From Bdellovibrionota bacterium (GTDB lineage Bacteria > Bdellovibrionota_C > UBA2361 > CALJRW01): 64,000 bases of DNA. How positions within the stretch are numbered: position 1 is the stretch's first letter; every line of letters starts with the position of its first letter. The DNA is taken from the NCBI GenBank assembly GCA_041740355.1, contig JBGSMD010000063.1:32001-96000 (forward strand), read 5' to 3'. Under the pieces are notes generated by a model. That model was not told the origin of the DNA. It saw only the letters and a list, made by a program, of their open reading frames with translations, and did not search any database. The translations under genes and the position numbers were made by a program. This document shows, piece after piece, positions 1 to 9,687 of this stretch.

Positions 1-743
1 TTAATTTTCCTTTGTTGATATGCTTCGTGAAGAACGATTAGTGGGTTGTAATTACTCTCGGCAAAGCTAGTTGGAATAAGTAAGTAATTTACGTTTGAAG
101 TTGAATGGGTCAAAAGATCGAAAGCTTCCAAAAGATTAAAAGTACGAATCTGAGCAACAGCAGTGGAAGCTCCTGAAGTAAGCAATAATTTTTCTAAATC
201 TTCGAATCGAATCTGTCGGTCATCATAAACAAGAAATGATGTTAAGTTCTGCTTGGCAATTTGGAATACTTGAGCAAGCTTTTGTATCTCAGCAAGGGTA
301 GAATAATTAAATTCCGAAATTAATGTTAGTGGAGACTTCGTTAAACCTTCTAATACAGATATCTCCTGATTCTTAAGAGCATATAAATTTAAAAGTTTAT
401 ATTGATGGTAGTGCGCTAACATCTCTTCTGTCGAACTCTCTCTCACTAATACATTACTTACAAATTCCTTAGCTGTTGAAAATTCAAGACGAAGAGTTTC
501 TCCGAGTAGGTTCGGAATTAAACTAACAATTATGCTATTTGAAGAGCAGGCCAAGAGTCCCGAAAGTACAATTGCTTCTAGATAATTCACAGCGCTCTGC
601 TCCAAATTGCTAGCAGATTTAATTTTGTTAATACGTGTGACTGCCTGATAAATTTTACTTAAAACAGTATAAGAATACTTATAAGGCTCGTAAACCGTGT
701 ATTGGTAATCTGATTGTGGATTGAAGCTAACTGGTAATGTCAT
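1..743 (-). CDS. Hypothetical protein, partial (runs off left edge; not in ORF track)
   Basis: ATG at 743; frame open to position 1 (MTLPVSFNPQSDYQY...HEAYQQRKI); no recognisable motif. Confidence 0.7.
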   Translation of the reverse strand, partial: MTLPVSFNPQSDYQYTVYEPYKYSYTVLSKIYQAVTRINKIKSASNLEQSAVNYLEAIVLSGLLACSSNSIIVSLIPNLLGETLRLEFSTAKEFVSNVLVRESSTEEMLAHYHQYKLLNLYALKNQEISVLEGLTKSPLTLISEFNYSTLAEIQKLAQVFQIAKQNLTSFLVYDDRQIRFEDLEKLLLTSGASTAVAQIRTFNLLEAFDLLTHSTSNVNYLLIPTSFAESNYNPLIVLHEAYQQRKI

Positions 744-858
744 GAAAATGCACTGTTAAATTGCTTTGTCGGTCTAGATCCTATACTATACGCCCGATGA
801 TATAGCTTTTTTCAAAACTTTTAAAGTTGCTATTCTTAGCACCAAAATTTTTGAAAAG

Positions 859-1079
859 ATGTACTAGTCAAGTTAAAAAATTAATTTTTTAAAAATTCAG
901 GCGACTAGTACATTAAGCACTCCGTGCTTCAGGCGACCCTTGGGGGTCGCTAAGGGTGAAATGTTTATAAAATAAACATTTCACCTGGGGAGAACAAATA
1001 TACTAAAACCCAAACAAACTAAAAATGGCGTAGGCATTTTACCAAGCTGTTCAAAATAAGTTAGTGGGTTTTAGTATAT
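859..1079. repeat. Composite palindromic intergenic element (family C plus a TA-ended inverted-repeat module)
   Basis: IR atgtactagtc 859-869 / 903-913; hairpins at 915-929, 932-951 and 954-986; 15-bp perfect IR atatactaaaaccca 998-1012 / 1065-1079; related to 13313-13427 and 51938-52044. Confidence 0.75.
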
Positions 1080-1121
1080 CTGAATCAGCAATTTTTTCTT
1101 TTGCATTCGATAAATTTAGAT

Positions 1122-1820
1122 ATGAATAATCCGCACCGTGCACGGTTACTTGGTGAATTACAGTACCGTCTAAACTACACATTTAAATCCCCTGAACTTT
1201 TAGAAGCAGCAATTACCCATCGCTCTGCAAAAAAATCTAACAAAGGACAAGATTACGAACAACTTGAGTTTATTGGTGATGCCGTCTTAGATTTAGCAGT
1301 TGCTCACCTCTTACTTAAAAATCATCCCAAAAAAAATGAAGGTGAATTATCTAAGATGCGTGCCGCCTTGGTTAACACTGAATCCTTAGCCCAAATATCA
1401 AGAGAATTATCTGTTGGCTTACTAATTAACATGAGCCAAAGTGAACAGAATAGTGGTGGTGCCGATAAAAATTCAATCCTAGCCGATGTTGTCGAAGCGC
1501 TGTTTGGTGCAATTTACTTTGAAGCTGGATTTAGCCGAACTTTTGAAGTTGTTAGACTAATCTTTGATGCACGGACACTCAAAGTGAAACCAAAAGATCC
1601 TAAAACTGAATTACAAGAGAAGCTTCATGCTCTCTCACTTCCCTCTCCAGAATATGTCGTGGAAGATTCCACTGGGCCAGACCACGCTCCAATTTTTTCA
1701 ACGGTAGTGAAAGTCAATGATGAAATTTGTGGACGAGGTTCTGGTAATTCCAAGAAAGCCTCGGAACAAGCGGCTGCCCTAGAAGCTTTAAAAAATATCG
1801 CGGAACAAAACAATGGATAA
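1122..1820 (+). CDS. rnc: Ribonuclease III
   Basis: EQLEFIGDAVL signature, ADVVEALFGAIY, C-terminal dsRBD (DPKTELQE...SKKASEQAAA); ATG 1122 preferred over TTG 1101. Confidence 0.97.
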   Translation: MNNPHRARLLGELQYRLNYTFKSPELLEAAITHRSAKKSNKGQDYEQLEFIGDAVLDLAVAHLLLKNHPKKNEGELSKMRAALVNTESLAQISRELSVGLLINMSQSEQNSGGADKNSILADVVEALFGAIYFEAGFSRTFEVVRLIFDARTLKVKPKDPKTELQEKLHALSLPSPEYVVEDSTGPDHAPIFSTVVKVNDEICGRGSGNSKKASEQAAALEALKNIAEQNNG

Positions 1821-3183
1821 TACTCAAAACACAATACCTTTAATCGCAATCGTTGGGCGCACTAATGTGGGCAAATCAACACTTTTTAACTTACTCTCCC
1901 ATCAAAATCTTGCTGTTGTTGCTGATCGCCCAGGTGTTACGAGAGATCGCAACTATGTTGTTTTAAACAACTATATCCGCCCCTTTTCTTTGGTTGATAC
2001 TGGTGGATTACTTGGTGAAGAAAATAATAAACTAGCTAATGCCGTTACCGAACAAACAGAAATCGCCATTCATGAAGCTGATTTAATTTTAGCAATCTTT
2101 GATGGAAAAAATGGAAGTCATCCCCTTGATTTAGAAGTAGTAGATCTACTTCGCCGCAGTAACAAGCCGGTCCTTTGGGTAGTTAATAAATGTGATGGTA
2201 AAGGTTATGAGACAAGAGCAACTGAATTTTATAATTTGGGACTAGAAGAGTTACATCTAATTAGTGCTGCCCATAATGATGGCATCCGTGATCTATTTAA
2301 AGCAATCTGGGACAAGCTATTTATCTTTGATCAGAAGGAACTAAAACCAGAAGAAGAAGACAACACAATTAAAGTAGCAATTTTGGGAAGACCTAATGCT
2401 GGTAAATCTACTTTAATCAACAAGCTTGTTGGTGAGCAACGGCAGATTACTTCCCCGATTGCAGGCACTACTAGAGATAGTGTTAACATCACTCTTACTC
2501 GCGATGGTCATGATTTTAAACTTATTGATACTGCGGGGCTTCGTAAGCAGCGAAACATTGGTAGCCAAACGATGGAGCAAATTTTCTCTTTTCGTACTCT
2601 AAAGTCACTTGCGGAATGTGATGTAGCAGTTCTAATGCTTGATGGAGAAGATGGAATACCCTCACATCAAGATGCCAAGATCGCTGATTTAATTCACCAA
2701 CGCGGCAAGGGTCTAGTAATTGTTGTTAATAAATGGGACGCCGTAGAGAAAGATCATCGTACTGTGAAAATCTACCAGGATGAGATTAAAAAGGTTTTAC
2801 AATTTTGTAGCTATGCTCCGATTGTCTTTACTTCGGCACTTACAGGGAAACGCTGTCCTTCGGTTCTGGAAGCGGTACAAAAAGTGTTTGAAGCAGGTAA
2901 ATTCCGTATAAAAACCAATGAAATTAATAACATCTTAGAAGCGGCTATCCAAAAAAACCCACCTCCAATCTATCGAGGACTCCCTGTAAAATTCTATTTT
3001 GCCACCCAAATTGACGGTAATCCTCCAACCTTTGTTTTATTTTTCAATAACCCTAAGCGAATTACTGAATCATATACCAGATATTTGAAGAATTATATTC
3101 GTGCCCAGCATCATTATGTAGGGTATGATATTAAAATCATTACAAGAAAACGTCGTAGTAAATACGAACAAGAGGGTAAGTAA
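1813..3183 (+). CDS. der: Ribosome biogenesis GTPase Der (EngA)
   Basis: Two tandem GTPase domains (GRTNVGKS/DTGG/NKCD and GRPNAGKS/DTAG/NKWD) plus KH-like C-terminus. Confidence 0.97.
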   Translation: MDNTQNTIPLIAIVGRTNVGKSTLFNLLSHQNLAVVADRPGVTRDRNYVVLNNYIRPFSLVDTGGLLGEENNKLANAVTEQTEIAIHEADLILAIFDGKNGSHPLDLEVVDLLRRSNKPVLWVVNKCDGKGYETRATEFYNLGLEELHLISAAHNDGIRDLFKAIWDKLFIFDQKELKPEEEDNTIKVAILGRPNAGKSTLINKLVGEQRQITSPIAGTTRDSVNITLTRDGHDFKLIDTAGLRKQRNIGSQTMEQIFSFRTLKSLAECDVAVLMLDGEDGIPSHQDAKIADLIHQRGKGLVIVVNKWDAVEKDHRTVKIYQDEIKKVLQFCSYAPIVFTSALTGKRCPSVLEAVQKVFEAGKFRIKTNEINNILEAAIQKNPPPIYRGLPVKFYFATQIDGNPPTFVLFFNNPKRITESYTRYLKNYIRAQHHYVGYDIKIITRKRRSKYEQEGK

Positions 3184-3212
3184 CCGTTAAACTCAAAAGT
3201 TCTGCGGTTATA

Positions 3213-3357
3213 ATATAGAAAGTCCAAAAAGTAATCTACTTAAGGAAATTACTTTGTGGGGCTTTTGTTACCCGAGGGATAATAAAATCATATAGTTATT
3301 ACTAAAGACAATTTACTCTATTTTATTAAGACGTAACTTATTTTTGGAATAACTATA
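3213..3357. repeat. Palindromic repeat family B, full copy
   Basis: atatagaaagtccaaaaagtaat...attactttgtggggc...aaaatcata...actata aligns with 19388-19536. Confidence 0.8.
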
Positions 3358-3408
3358 AAAACTTATTCCTGACTTCGGCTACGGCTCATTGGACAGAATA
3401 AGTTAAGC

Positions 3409-6348
3409 ATGACTGCAAATAAAAGTTTGGAAAAAATTCGAGAGATTCTTAATGCTCACCCCATCGATGATTATGTTCGTCCGGTGACAGTTAAACGTCT
3501 TAAACATCACGATTTTCAGAAACACCAAAATGAACGAATTAAAGCAGCTAAAACCTTAGCTGATAATATTTACAACCTTTCTAATCTTGAAAGGGTAATT
3601 GATCCTCAAGCCTATCAAAGCACTTTCAAAAGAAACCTTGCTGGCCGAACATCAGAAGACAATCAATTTATTCTTAAATATGCTCAAAAATATTTTAAAG
3701 AACACTTTGGTGAAGCCATTAAAAGAAATGGAGAAAGTCCGGAATTACTAGAACAGATCGTAAAAAGAACCGGTAAAGATAGTCGTACGAAATTTGAGGC
3801 CGCCATCTCTGGTTTTAATGCTCCATTCCTAGCACAAGCAATCTATAAAATAGATCTCTCCGAAGTAAAAGCATTGAGTTCGATTCTTAGTGAACTGGAA
3901 TCATTAGATTCAGAACATTTAAAAGAACTTCAAGTCGAGCTTAAATTGCTTCATTACCTAGAGCTTGCAGAATTATCAATGAAATTTCTAGATCCCAACA
4001 GACCAGATTTAAGATGTTTACAACTCCTGTTACAAAACAAATCGTTGGTAGAAATTGAAAAAATTATCAAGGTGATCGAAGATAATTACCTCCTGAAGGA
4101 AGGAGAAGATACTCCCGGTTTCAATATTTGGTTAGAAAAAAACTTTTCAGGATATGATCTTCAAGCAATCAAGCAAATCTTAAATGGATTAAACCTTAAT
4201 TTTATTGCAGAACAAATCAATTGGATTTTTAACAATAGTGAGAACCTTTGGGTTGACTTTGCCGGATTACAAACACAAAAGCTAGGTACATTAATATTAC
4301 ACGTTGAGCATAATCAAGGAGAAACTTCCCGACTAAACCGTGAAATTCGCCTGCGTCCCTTTATCCAATCAATTACATACTTCTTGAGTGCCCGCCAATT
4401 TAATAATTTAAATCAAATCCTAGAAAAGAACTATGGATTTCATTTAACTCTAGATTTCTACCTCCCAGCTGAGACAACTACACCACTAAGTAATTATCTC
4501 AAATTAGAAAAAGCACTAACTAGCATTGAATACAATGCCTCCATGAAGATGGAAGTTTGTTACTCTGATTATCGAAACTCCCTATACAACTTAACAAAGC
4601 AAGATAGCTCTTTTGATGTGCATCAACCTTTTAATTTGACATTAGCCAAATTGCTTTTTCTCTACATGCTACCGGCAGATCAGCTTTACTTACTAAAAAA
4701 TTCCTGTTTATCTAATTCGAAAAGTACCCTGATAGATCTTTTGCAGAAGCGTGTCTTACGTAAAACAAATAAATCCGACTATTCAAGCTTAATTGAATTA
4801 TTGAATTCAGGACTTGCCCAAAAATTGACTGAATTTGATATAGAGTTTCATTTTGATCAAATTTCCGAAAGTGATTTGCTCATTACAAAGTTAAAGTATT
4901 TAGCTGATGTAGAAAAAAAATTAATTGTTCTGATTGAAAATTTTGACATTAGCCCCGAAGAAAAAGCTGTTCTTTTAATAAATGAACTACAGAAGCTAAA
5001 TTACAAAGAATTAGTCGACATTGATCGTTTATTTCATTTTAAAAACGATTCCAGCTTACTTTTAAAGATTAAGCCTTTAATTTCTCCTGCTGCATTCTTA
5101 AAAATTCAAATTATCCTTTGTGGCTTTAACCCCAAAATCGAAGCCAAAAATCTTCTTGAAAATCACAATTGGCAGTCCTTATTACAAAGAACACCTTTAG
5201 AGATTGCCTTACTCGATGGAGAATTAAAAAAGACCCAGGGCACATCTTTATTGGAGTTGTTAGAAAAACAATCAATTGAAGGCGTTCCAAATGAAGTTCT
5301 ACTAGCTCCAGCCTTTTTTCCATTAGCCAGTCAATTCAAACAAAAAATCTTAGATACACAAGCCTGGAGTAACCTAGAAACAGACTATGTTTACAATAAT
5401 TTTAGAAAATCTCCGACAAGACTACAAGCTTTAGAAACTGCCTATAATTACTTATTTAGCAATCAAGAGGTATCCCAAGAATCAAGCTTTGGCTCTTGGA
5501 GAAACAGCTTTATTATCCAAGTACAACAAAAAAATATTAATAAAATAGAGTATACTACATTGCTCTCACTAGCCGAAGGTATTCCAATTACCTTAATACC
5601 AGATATTTTTAAAATTACAGCAAACAGTGAATTGGGAATCGAGGATCTTCATGAATTAAATTTAATCCTCCGAACTTATCGTCCAAACCTTAAGATCATT
5701 AAAATGCTTTATTTGATTTACGATGGACAATTAAGTTTACGAGAAAGAATTTACAAGTTTAAAGTCTTACCGAGAGATGAGAACCTTAGTCTTTTACTGC
5801 TTGATGGATATGATCCTGAAAAATTAGCCAGGGCATTTATTGAACAATTTAAGTCCGCTAATAAACTATCAATTGAATCTCTCTTCAATCAACTTAGTCC
5901 TAAACATTCTAGTCTGATTCCAGTTAAAGATAACTGGAAAGAAGAGATGTATCATCAACTTAGAATTCGCTACGAAATTTTTTCGGGAAGACGACTGATC
6001 ACTGACATTATGTCATTAATTAAAGATGACTCCGAATTAGAAACTGTCCGTAAAATTTGTGATTTTCTATATGGAGAAATGTCTACTAAGTGTTTTGCCT
6101 TACATCAGGCGATTCAATCAACAAATGCCGATCCTAAATTGATTGTAAAAAAACTACAAAATTTTAAACCATCACAAGTAGAACAGATGGATCACCTCTA
6201 TCTTAGTTATTATGGATTAAGTTTACTTGATGAGTTGGTTAAATTCTTTCCTGATGACGAAGATGATCGCTTTGCCGAAGATCTATTCGGGCGAAGTCAG
6301 GACTGGGAAAACCAAAAACTTAAACTTAAACTTGATTCTGAAAGTTAA
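3409..6348 (+). CDS. Large helical protein with degenerate annexin-like repeats
   Basis: C-terminal ALHQAIQSTNADPKLIVKKLQNFKPSQVEQMDHLYLSYYGLSLLDEL and internal LLQRTPLEIALL...QGTSLLELL and NKSLVEIEKI...LEKNFSGYD resemble annexin repeats. Confidence 0.55.
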   Translation: MTANKSLEKIREILNAHPIDDYVRPVTVKRLKHHDFQKHQNERIKAAKTLADNIYNLSNLERVIDPQAYQSTFKRNLAGRTSEDNQFILKYAQKYFKEHFGEAIKRNGESPELLEQIVKRTGKDSRTKFEAAISGFNAPFLAQAIYKIDLSEVKALSSILSELESLDSEHLKELQVELKLLHYLELAELSMKFLDPNRPDLRCLQLLLQNKSLVEIEKIIKVIEDNYLLKEGEDTPGFNIWLEKNFSGYDLQAIKQILNGLNLNFIAEQINWIFNNSENLWVDFAGLQTQKLGTLILHVEHNQGETSRLNREIRLRPFIQSITYFLSARQFNNLNQILEKNYGFHLTLDFYLPAETTTPLSNYLKLEKALTSIEYNASMKMEVCYSDYRNSLYNLTKQDSSFDVHQPFNLTLAKLLFLYMLPADQLYLLKNSCLSNSKSTLIDLLQKRVLRKTNKSDYSSLIELLNSGLAQKLTEFDIEFHFDQISESDLLITKLKYLADVEKKLIVLIENFDISPEEKAVLLINELQKLNYKELVDIDRLFHFKNDSSLLLKIKPLISPAAFLKIQIILCGFNPKIEAKNLLENHNWQSLLQRTPLEIALLDGELKKTQGTSLLELLEKQSIEGVPNEVLLAPAFFPLASQFKQKILDTQAWSNLETDYVYNNFRKSPTRLQALETAYNYLFSNQEVSQESSFGSWRNSFIIQVQQKNINKIEYTTLLSLAEGIPITLIPDIFKITANSELGIEDLHELNLILRTYRPNLKIIKMLYLIYDGQLSLRERIYKFKVLPRDENLSLLLLDGYDPEKLARAFIEQFKSANKLSIESLFNQLSPKHSSLIPVKDNWKEEMYHQLRIRYEIFSGRRLITDIMSLIKDDSELETVRKICDFLYGEMSTKCFALHQAIQSTNADPKLIVKKLQNFKPSQVEQMDHLYLSYYGLSLLDELVKFFPDDEDDRFAEDLFGRSQDWENQKLKLKLDSES

Positions 6349-6498
6349 ATCCTAGATGAAGCGAGTTTGAAAATGGATTTACCTTAAGGAAATTATCTTT
6401 TGAGGCACGAGATTAGCATTTAATATTGATTTTGGTGAAACCAATATTTATCAGCGTTGCAAATCCTATCGTTTAGACATTAATCATGCTCTAAGGAT

Positions 6499-6525
6499 TA
6501 AATTTATTATAGATAATGTCGATAA
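6499..6525 (+). promoter_or_regulatory. Sigma-28 (FliA)-like promoter
   Basis: TAAATTTA-N11-GTCGATAA about 40 nt upstream of 6566. Confidence 0.5.
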
Positions 6526-6565
6526 ACTCTTTTCATTTAGCTACAAATACCCTTAAAATGGCTTA

Positions 6566-6940
6566 TTGATGATCCATTATAAATACCACCAAAAAGCATT
6601 TTTTAGTCTTAGATTTTTTATCTATGTATTTTTTATTGGTTTTTTTGTGTACTGTGGTTTTTGGGTTGGTCGTTTCTATTATGACTACTACGCTATTCAT
6701 GATGCTGCAAGAAATATTTTTTTAGAAGCACATCGAAAGTCAGATGAGCAAATTCTTACTGCACTAAAAAAGACAATTAGTCTTCATGGTACGCCGATCT
6801 ATAATGAAGACATAAAAATAATTCGTAAGCCTGGCTTAATTAACTTGAAGATTGAGTATAGTGAATATCTCTTTATTGGCGAACTTCCCTTACATAAGTT
6901 TAATTTTTCAATTAATGAAACACGTCAGTTTAAAAAATGA
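6566..6940 (+). CDS. Small single-pass membrane protein (DUF4845-like)
   Basis: QKAFF followed by a hydrophobic N-terminal helix, YYDYYAI and a beta-rich C-terminus. Confidence 0.55.
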   Translation: MMIHYKYHQKAFFSLRFFIYVFFIGFFVYCGFWVGRFYYDYYAIHDAARNIFLEAHRKSDEQILTALKKTISLHGTPIYNEDIKIIRKPGLINLKIEYSEYLFIGELPLHKFNFSINETRQFKK

Positions 6941-8256
6941 TTTCTAATCATTTCTTGAAACTGATTGCCCCGATCTTCAAAATCTATAAATTGATCAAAG
7001 CTGGCAGCTCCTGGTGATAACAAGAACAATTGCTTTGTTGTAGATTTTAAGAGCCGAGCTTTCGTCCATGCTAGCTGAGTCGCCTCTATCAATTTCTCGG
7101 TGTAGAATTTGTTATTAACCGTTAACTCAGTAAAAACGGTTTTCCCAGTTATTGAATAACAAAAAACACTAATTTCAGGATGATTGTTTAGGTACTCAAT
7201 GATTAATTTCTGCGAAGTCCCTTTAGAATATCCCCCTACGAATAAACTGATTTGATAATTGGAATAGGCTTGTAAGGCAGCGATTACAGCTTCGGGTGCC
7301 GTGGAGATACTATCATCAACCGCTAGTAAGTTGTCTTGATCATAAAAAACTTCTAAACGATGAGGCAATCCTTGAAATGAATCAATAACGGATTGAATGG
7401 CAACTATTTGGTTTTTCCAGTTCAATCCAAATGAACTAGCTATATGTTCTAGAATTCCAACTGCTCCTTGCAAGGTTGCCTGCAAATGATCTGGGTAAAA
7501 ATAAGGATTATTAATTTTCAATTCACAGTTCTCTTCAAGTTTGATTATGTGATCCTTAATTAAATAATTAATTTGCTGATATTCCAAATCTGGACGTTCT
7601 TGATTTAAGAAGTTCGCCGTCTTTTGATTGAAGATAATAAACTGTTTGGCACCTTGGCTAATTCTTAATTTATCTTGATAATATTGAGATAAGGTCAAAT
7701 GCCAACTCAAATGTTCTGGGAAGATCGAAGTCAGTACGGCAACATTTGGTTCAATCTGTAAACTTGCCAGTTGGTAGCTAGATAATTCAATTACTGCTAC
7801 TTGGGCAACTTGATCAATTTGATCCATTAACGGTCGGCCAATGTTTCCAGCTAGTAAGACTTTAATTCCAATAGTCTCTAATAACTCTGCGAGTAATTTA
7901 CAAAAAGTACTTTTCCCTTTACTTCCTGTTACACAAATCTTAAATGACTGATGCTGGTCGAAGAATATTTGATTCGGAGAGAGAACCTTTGCTCCTTTAG
8001 CAAGAGCTTGCTGAATTTGCTCTTGGTAGAGGCTAACTCCGGGAGCCTTAAAAACAATATTATAAGCACTAATCGCACTAGATTCAATAAACCTACTAGG
8101 GAGGGGTAAGGGATCTTGAAACATCTTTTGATCACAATAAACGATCTCCGAAATTAACTTTTTATCAGCAAGATAATGAATCAAGGAAAGGTTTTCACGG
8201 CCTAGTCCATAGAAGCAAATTGAATGCTTATTTTTTATTAGTTCTAAGGTATTCAT
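6925..8256 (-). CDS. murD2: UDP-MurNAc-L-Ala glutamate ligase, MurD2-type
   Basis: GLGRE, VTGSKGKST P-loop, ELSSYQ, EHLSWH, LPHRLE, DDSISTAP, LLSPGAASFDQF; overlaps murL. Confidence 0.88.
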   Translation of the reverse strand: MNTLELIKNKHSICFYGLGRENLSLIHYLADKKLISEIVYCDQKMFQDPLPLPSRFIESSAISAYNIVFKAPGVSLYQEQIQQALAKGAKVLSPNQIFFDQHQSFKICVTGSKGKSTFCKLLAELLETIGIKVLLAGNIGRPLMDQIDQVAQVAVIELSSYQLASLQIEPNVAVLTSIFPEHLSWHLTLSQYYQDKLRISQGAKQFIIFNQKTANFLNQERPDLEYQQINYLIKDHIIKLEENCELKINNPYFYPDHLQATLQGAVGILEHIASSFGLNWKNQIVAIQSVIDSFQGLPHRLEVFYDQDNLLAVDDSISTAPEAVIAALQAYSNYQISLFVGGYSKGTSQKLIIEYLNNHPEISVFCYSITGKTVFTELTVNNKFYTEKLIEATQLAWTKARLLKSTTKQLFLLSPGAASFDQFIDFEDRGNQFQEMIRNHFLN

Positions 8257-9544
8257 CTATGATAATTTTAAACTTTGCCGGAATTAAATGCTCCCCTTCA
8301 AAATTAAATAAATCTAATTCTGAAGCAGGTAAGATCTGTTCTGTAATTGCTTGAACAACAAATAAACTTAAAAACTTTTGCTTTGCTACTAAAATTCGAA
8401 ATAACTCGCGACACTCGGCATACTCCCCAACACACTCCCAGGGTTTATTCTCTAACAATCCAGTTAAACGTTGAAATTCAACTAAGAGTTGTTCTTCGTC
8501 AAGTAAATTTCTCCCAAATATTTGTAGTAATTTTCGCTCCTCTAAAAAAGGTGCCAAACAAAGAAATACAAAACAACACTTGGGACACTTACCACACCAC
8601 TTTCCTGCTTGGTCACTCGTTATTTTCTTGGACTGATTACAGCTCACAAAAACGTCTAGGTATTCCTGATGCCTAGCCAATTGTTTAGCAATAGCTGCTT
8701 CAGAAAACTGACGTAATAGTGAAAAATATTCTAAATCGGAACAAATCTGCGTTTTAATAAATTTATTAAACTGCTCTTCAAAGTGAAACGACTTGCTGTA
8801 TTGATGATTTACTGCAGTTCCTAAATATTCCAAATTTGCCTCATTAGCAGATCGCTCATTTCCTAAGACAAGGTACTTCTTCTTGTAAATCAAAGCTGCA
8901 ACTACACATACCGCACCTAAAATTGCAGAGAATGGCACATGACCATTTAATGCACCTTGCTGATTAAGTATTAATAATTGCGGATCAATCTTTCTATGAA
9001 TCTCAACTAAGGATAAATTCTTTAACTTAGCAATCTCTTGAACTTGCGGATTCACACCAAGCGTTAATAAGAGTGGAGTTTCCTCCTTGATGATTTCCAG
9101 ACATAACATGGAATCTTTTCCACCACCCATCGGCAGAATTATTCCAGAGGAAGAACAATTTTCATAAGCAGTTAAACTTGAGAAAGAAGACACTGGAAAA
9201 TTAATTTTACTTCGAAGGTCGAGTTGATTGCGATAAGCAAACTCTTGTAATCCTAAGAAAAAGGTTTGATTAAAAAACTCTGCTTGCGTAGAATTTAAAT
9301 GAAAATTCTGATATTTAATAATTTCCGGTATTCCAACTTTGTAATAACTAATACCAAGAATTATATGCAGATAAGTTAAGCTAGTGACTAGTGTCGAAAG
9401 ATCAAGTTCACTTGTTGAAATTTTTGGAAAACATATTTCCTCTTGAAACAAATATTTGTCTAAAGAAAAATTAAATTTCACCCTGAGCGAATCAGAGCTA
9501 ATCTCAGTTTGATAATCAAGATATGAAAAGGTTTTAAACTGCAA
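8228..9544 (-). CDS. murL: UDP-MurNAc-L-Ala-L-Glu epimerase
   Basis: GISYYK, GGGKDS, NGHVPFSA, NERSA, VNHQYSKS, YFSLLR, WCGKCPKC, KPWECVG; adjacent to MurD. Confidence 0.88.
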   Translation of the reverse strand: MQFKTFSYLDYQTEISSDSLRVKFNFSLDKYLFQEEICFPKISTSELDLSTLVTSLTYLHIILGISYYKVGIPEIIKYQNFHLNSTQAEFFNQTFFLGLQEFAYRNQLDLRSKINFPVSSFSSLTAYENCSSSGIILPMGGGKDSMLCLEIIKEETPLLLTLGVNPQVQEIAKLKNLSLVEIHRKIDPQLLILNQQGALNGHVPFSAILGAVCVVAALIYKKKYLVLGNERSANEANLEYLGTAVNHQYSKSFHFEEQFNKFIKTQICSDLEYFSLLRQFSEAAIAKQLARHQEYLDVFVSCNQSKKITSDQAGKWCGKCPKCCFVFLCLAPFLEERKLLQIFGRNLLDEEQLLVEFQRLTGLLENKPWECVGEYAECRELFRILVAKQKFLSLFVVQAITEQILPASELDLFNFEGEHLIPAKFKIIIDEYLRTNKK

Positions 9545-9687
9545 AGTAATAGCTATTAATAGACCAAATAATTTTATGCTAAATCAGCAAGTATGTAAAA
9601 AACAACTACAGTCAGTATTTTCTGTTTCCGCCAACACTTGGAAGGCTACTTATATCCTTAAACAGTTAATTTTGGTAAAATCTAATT

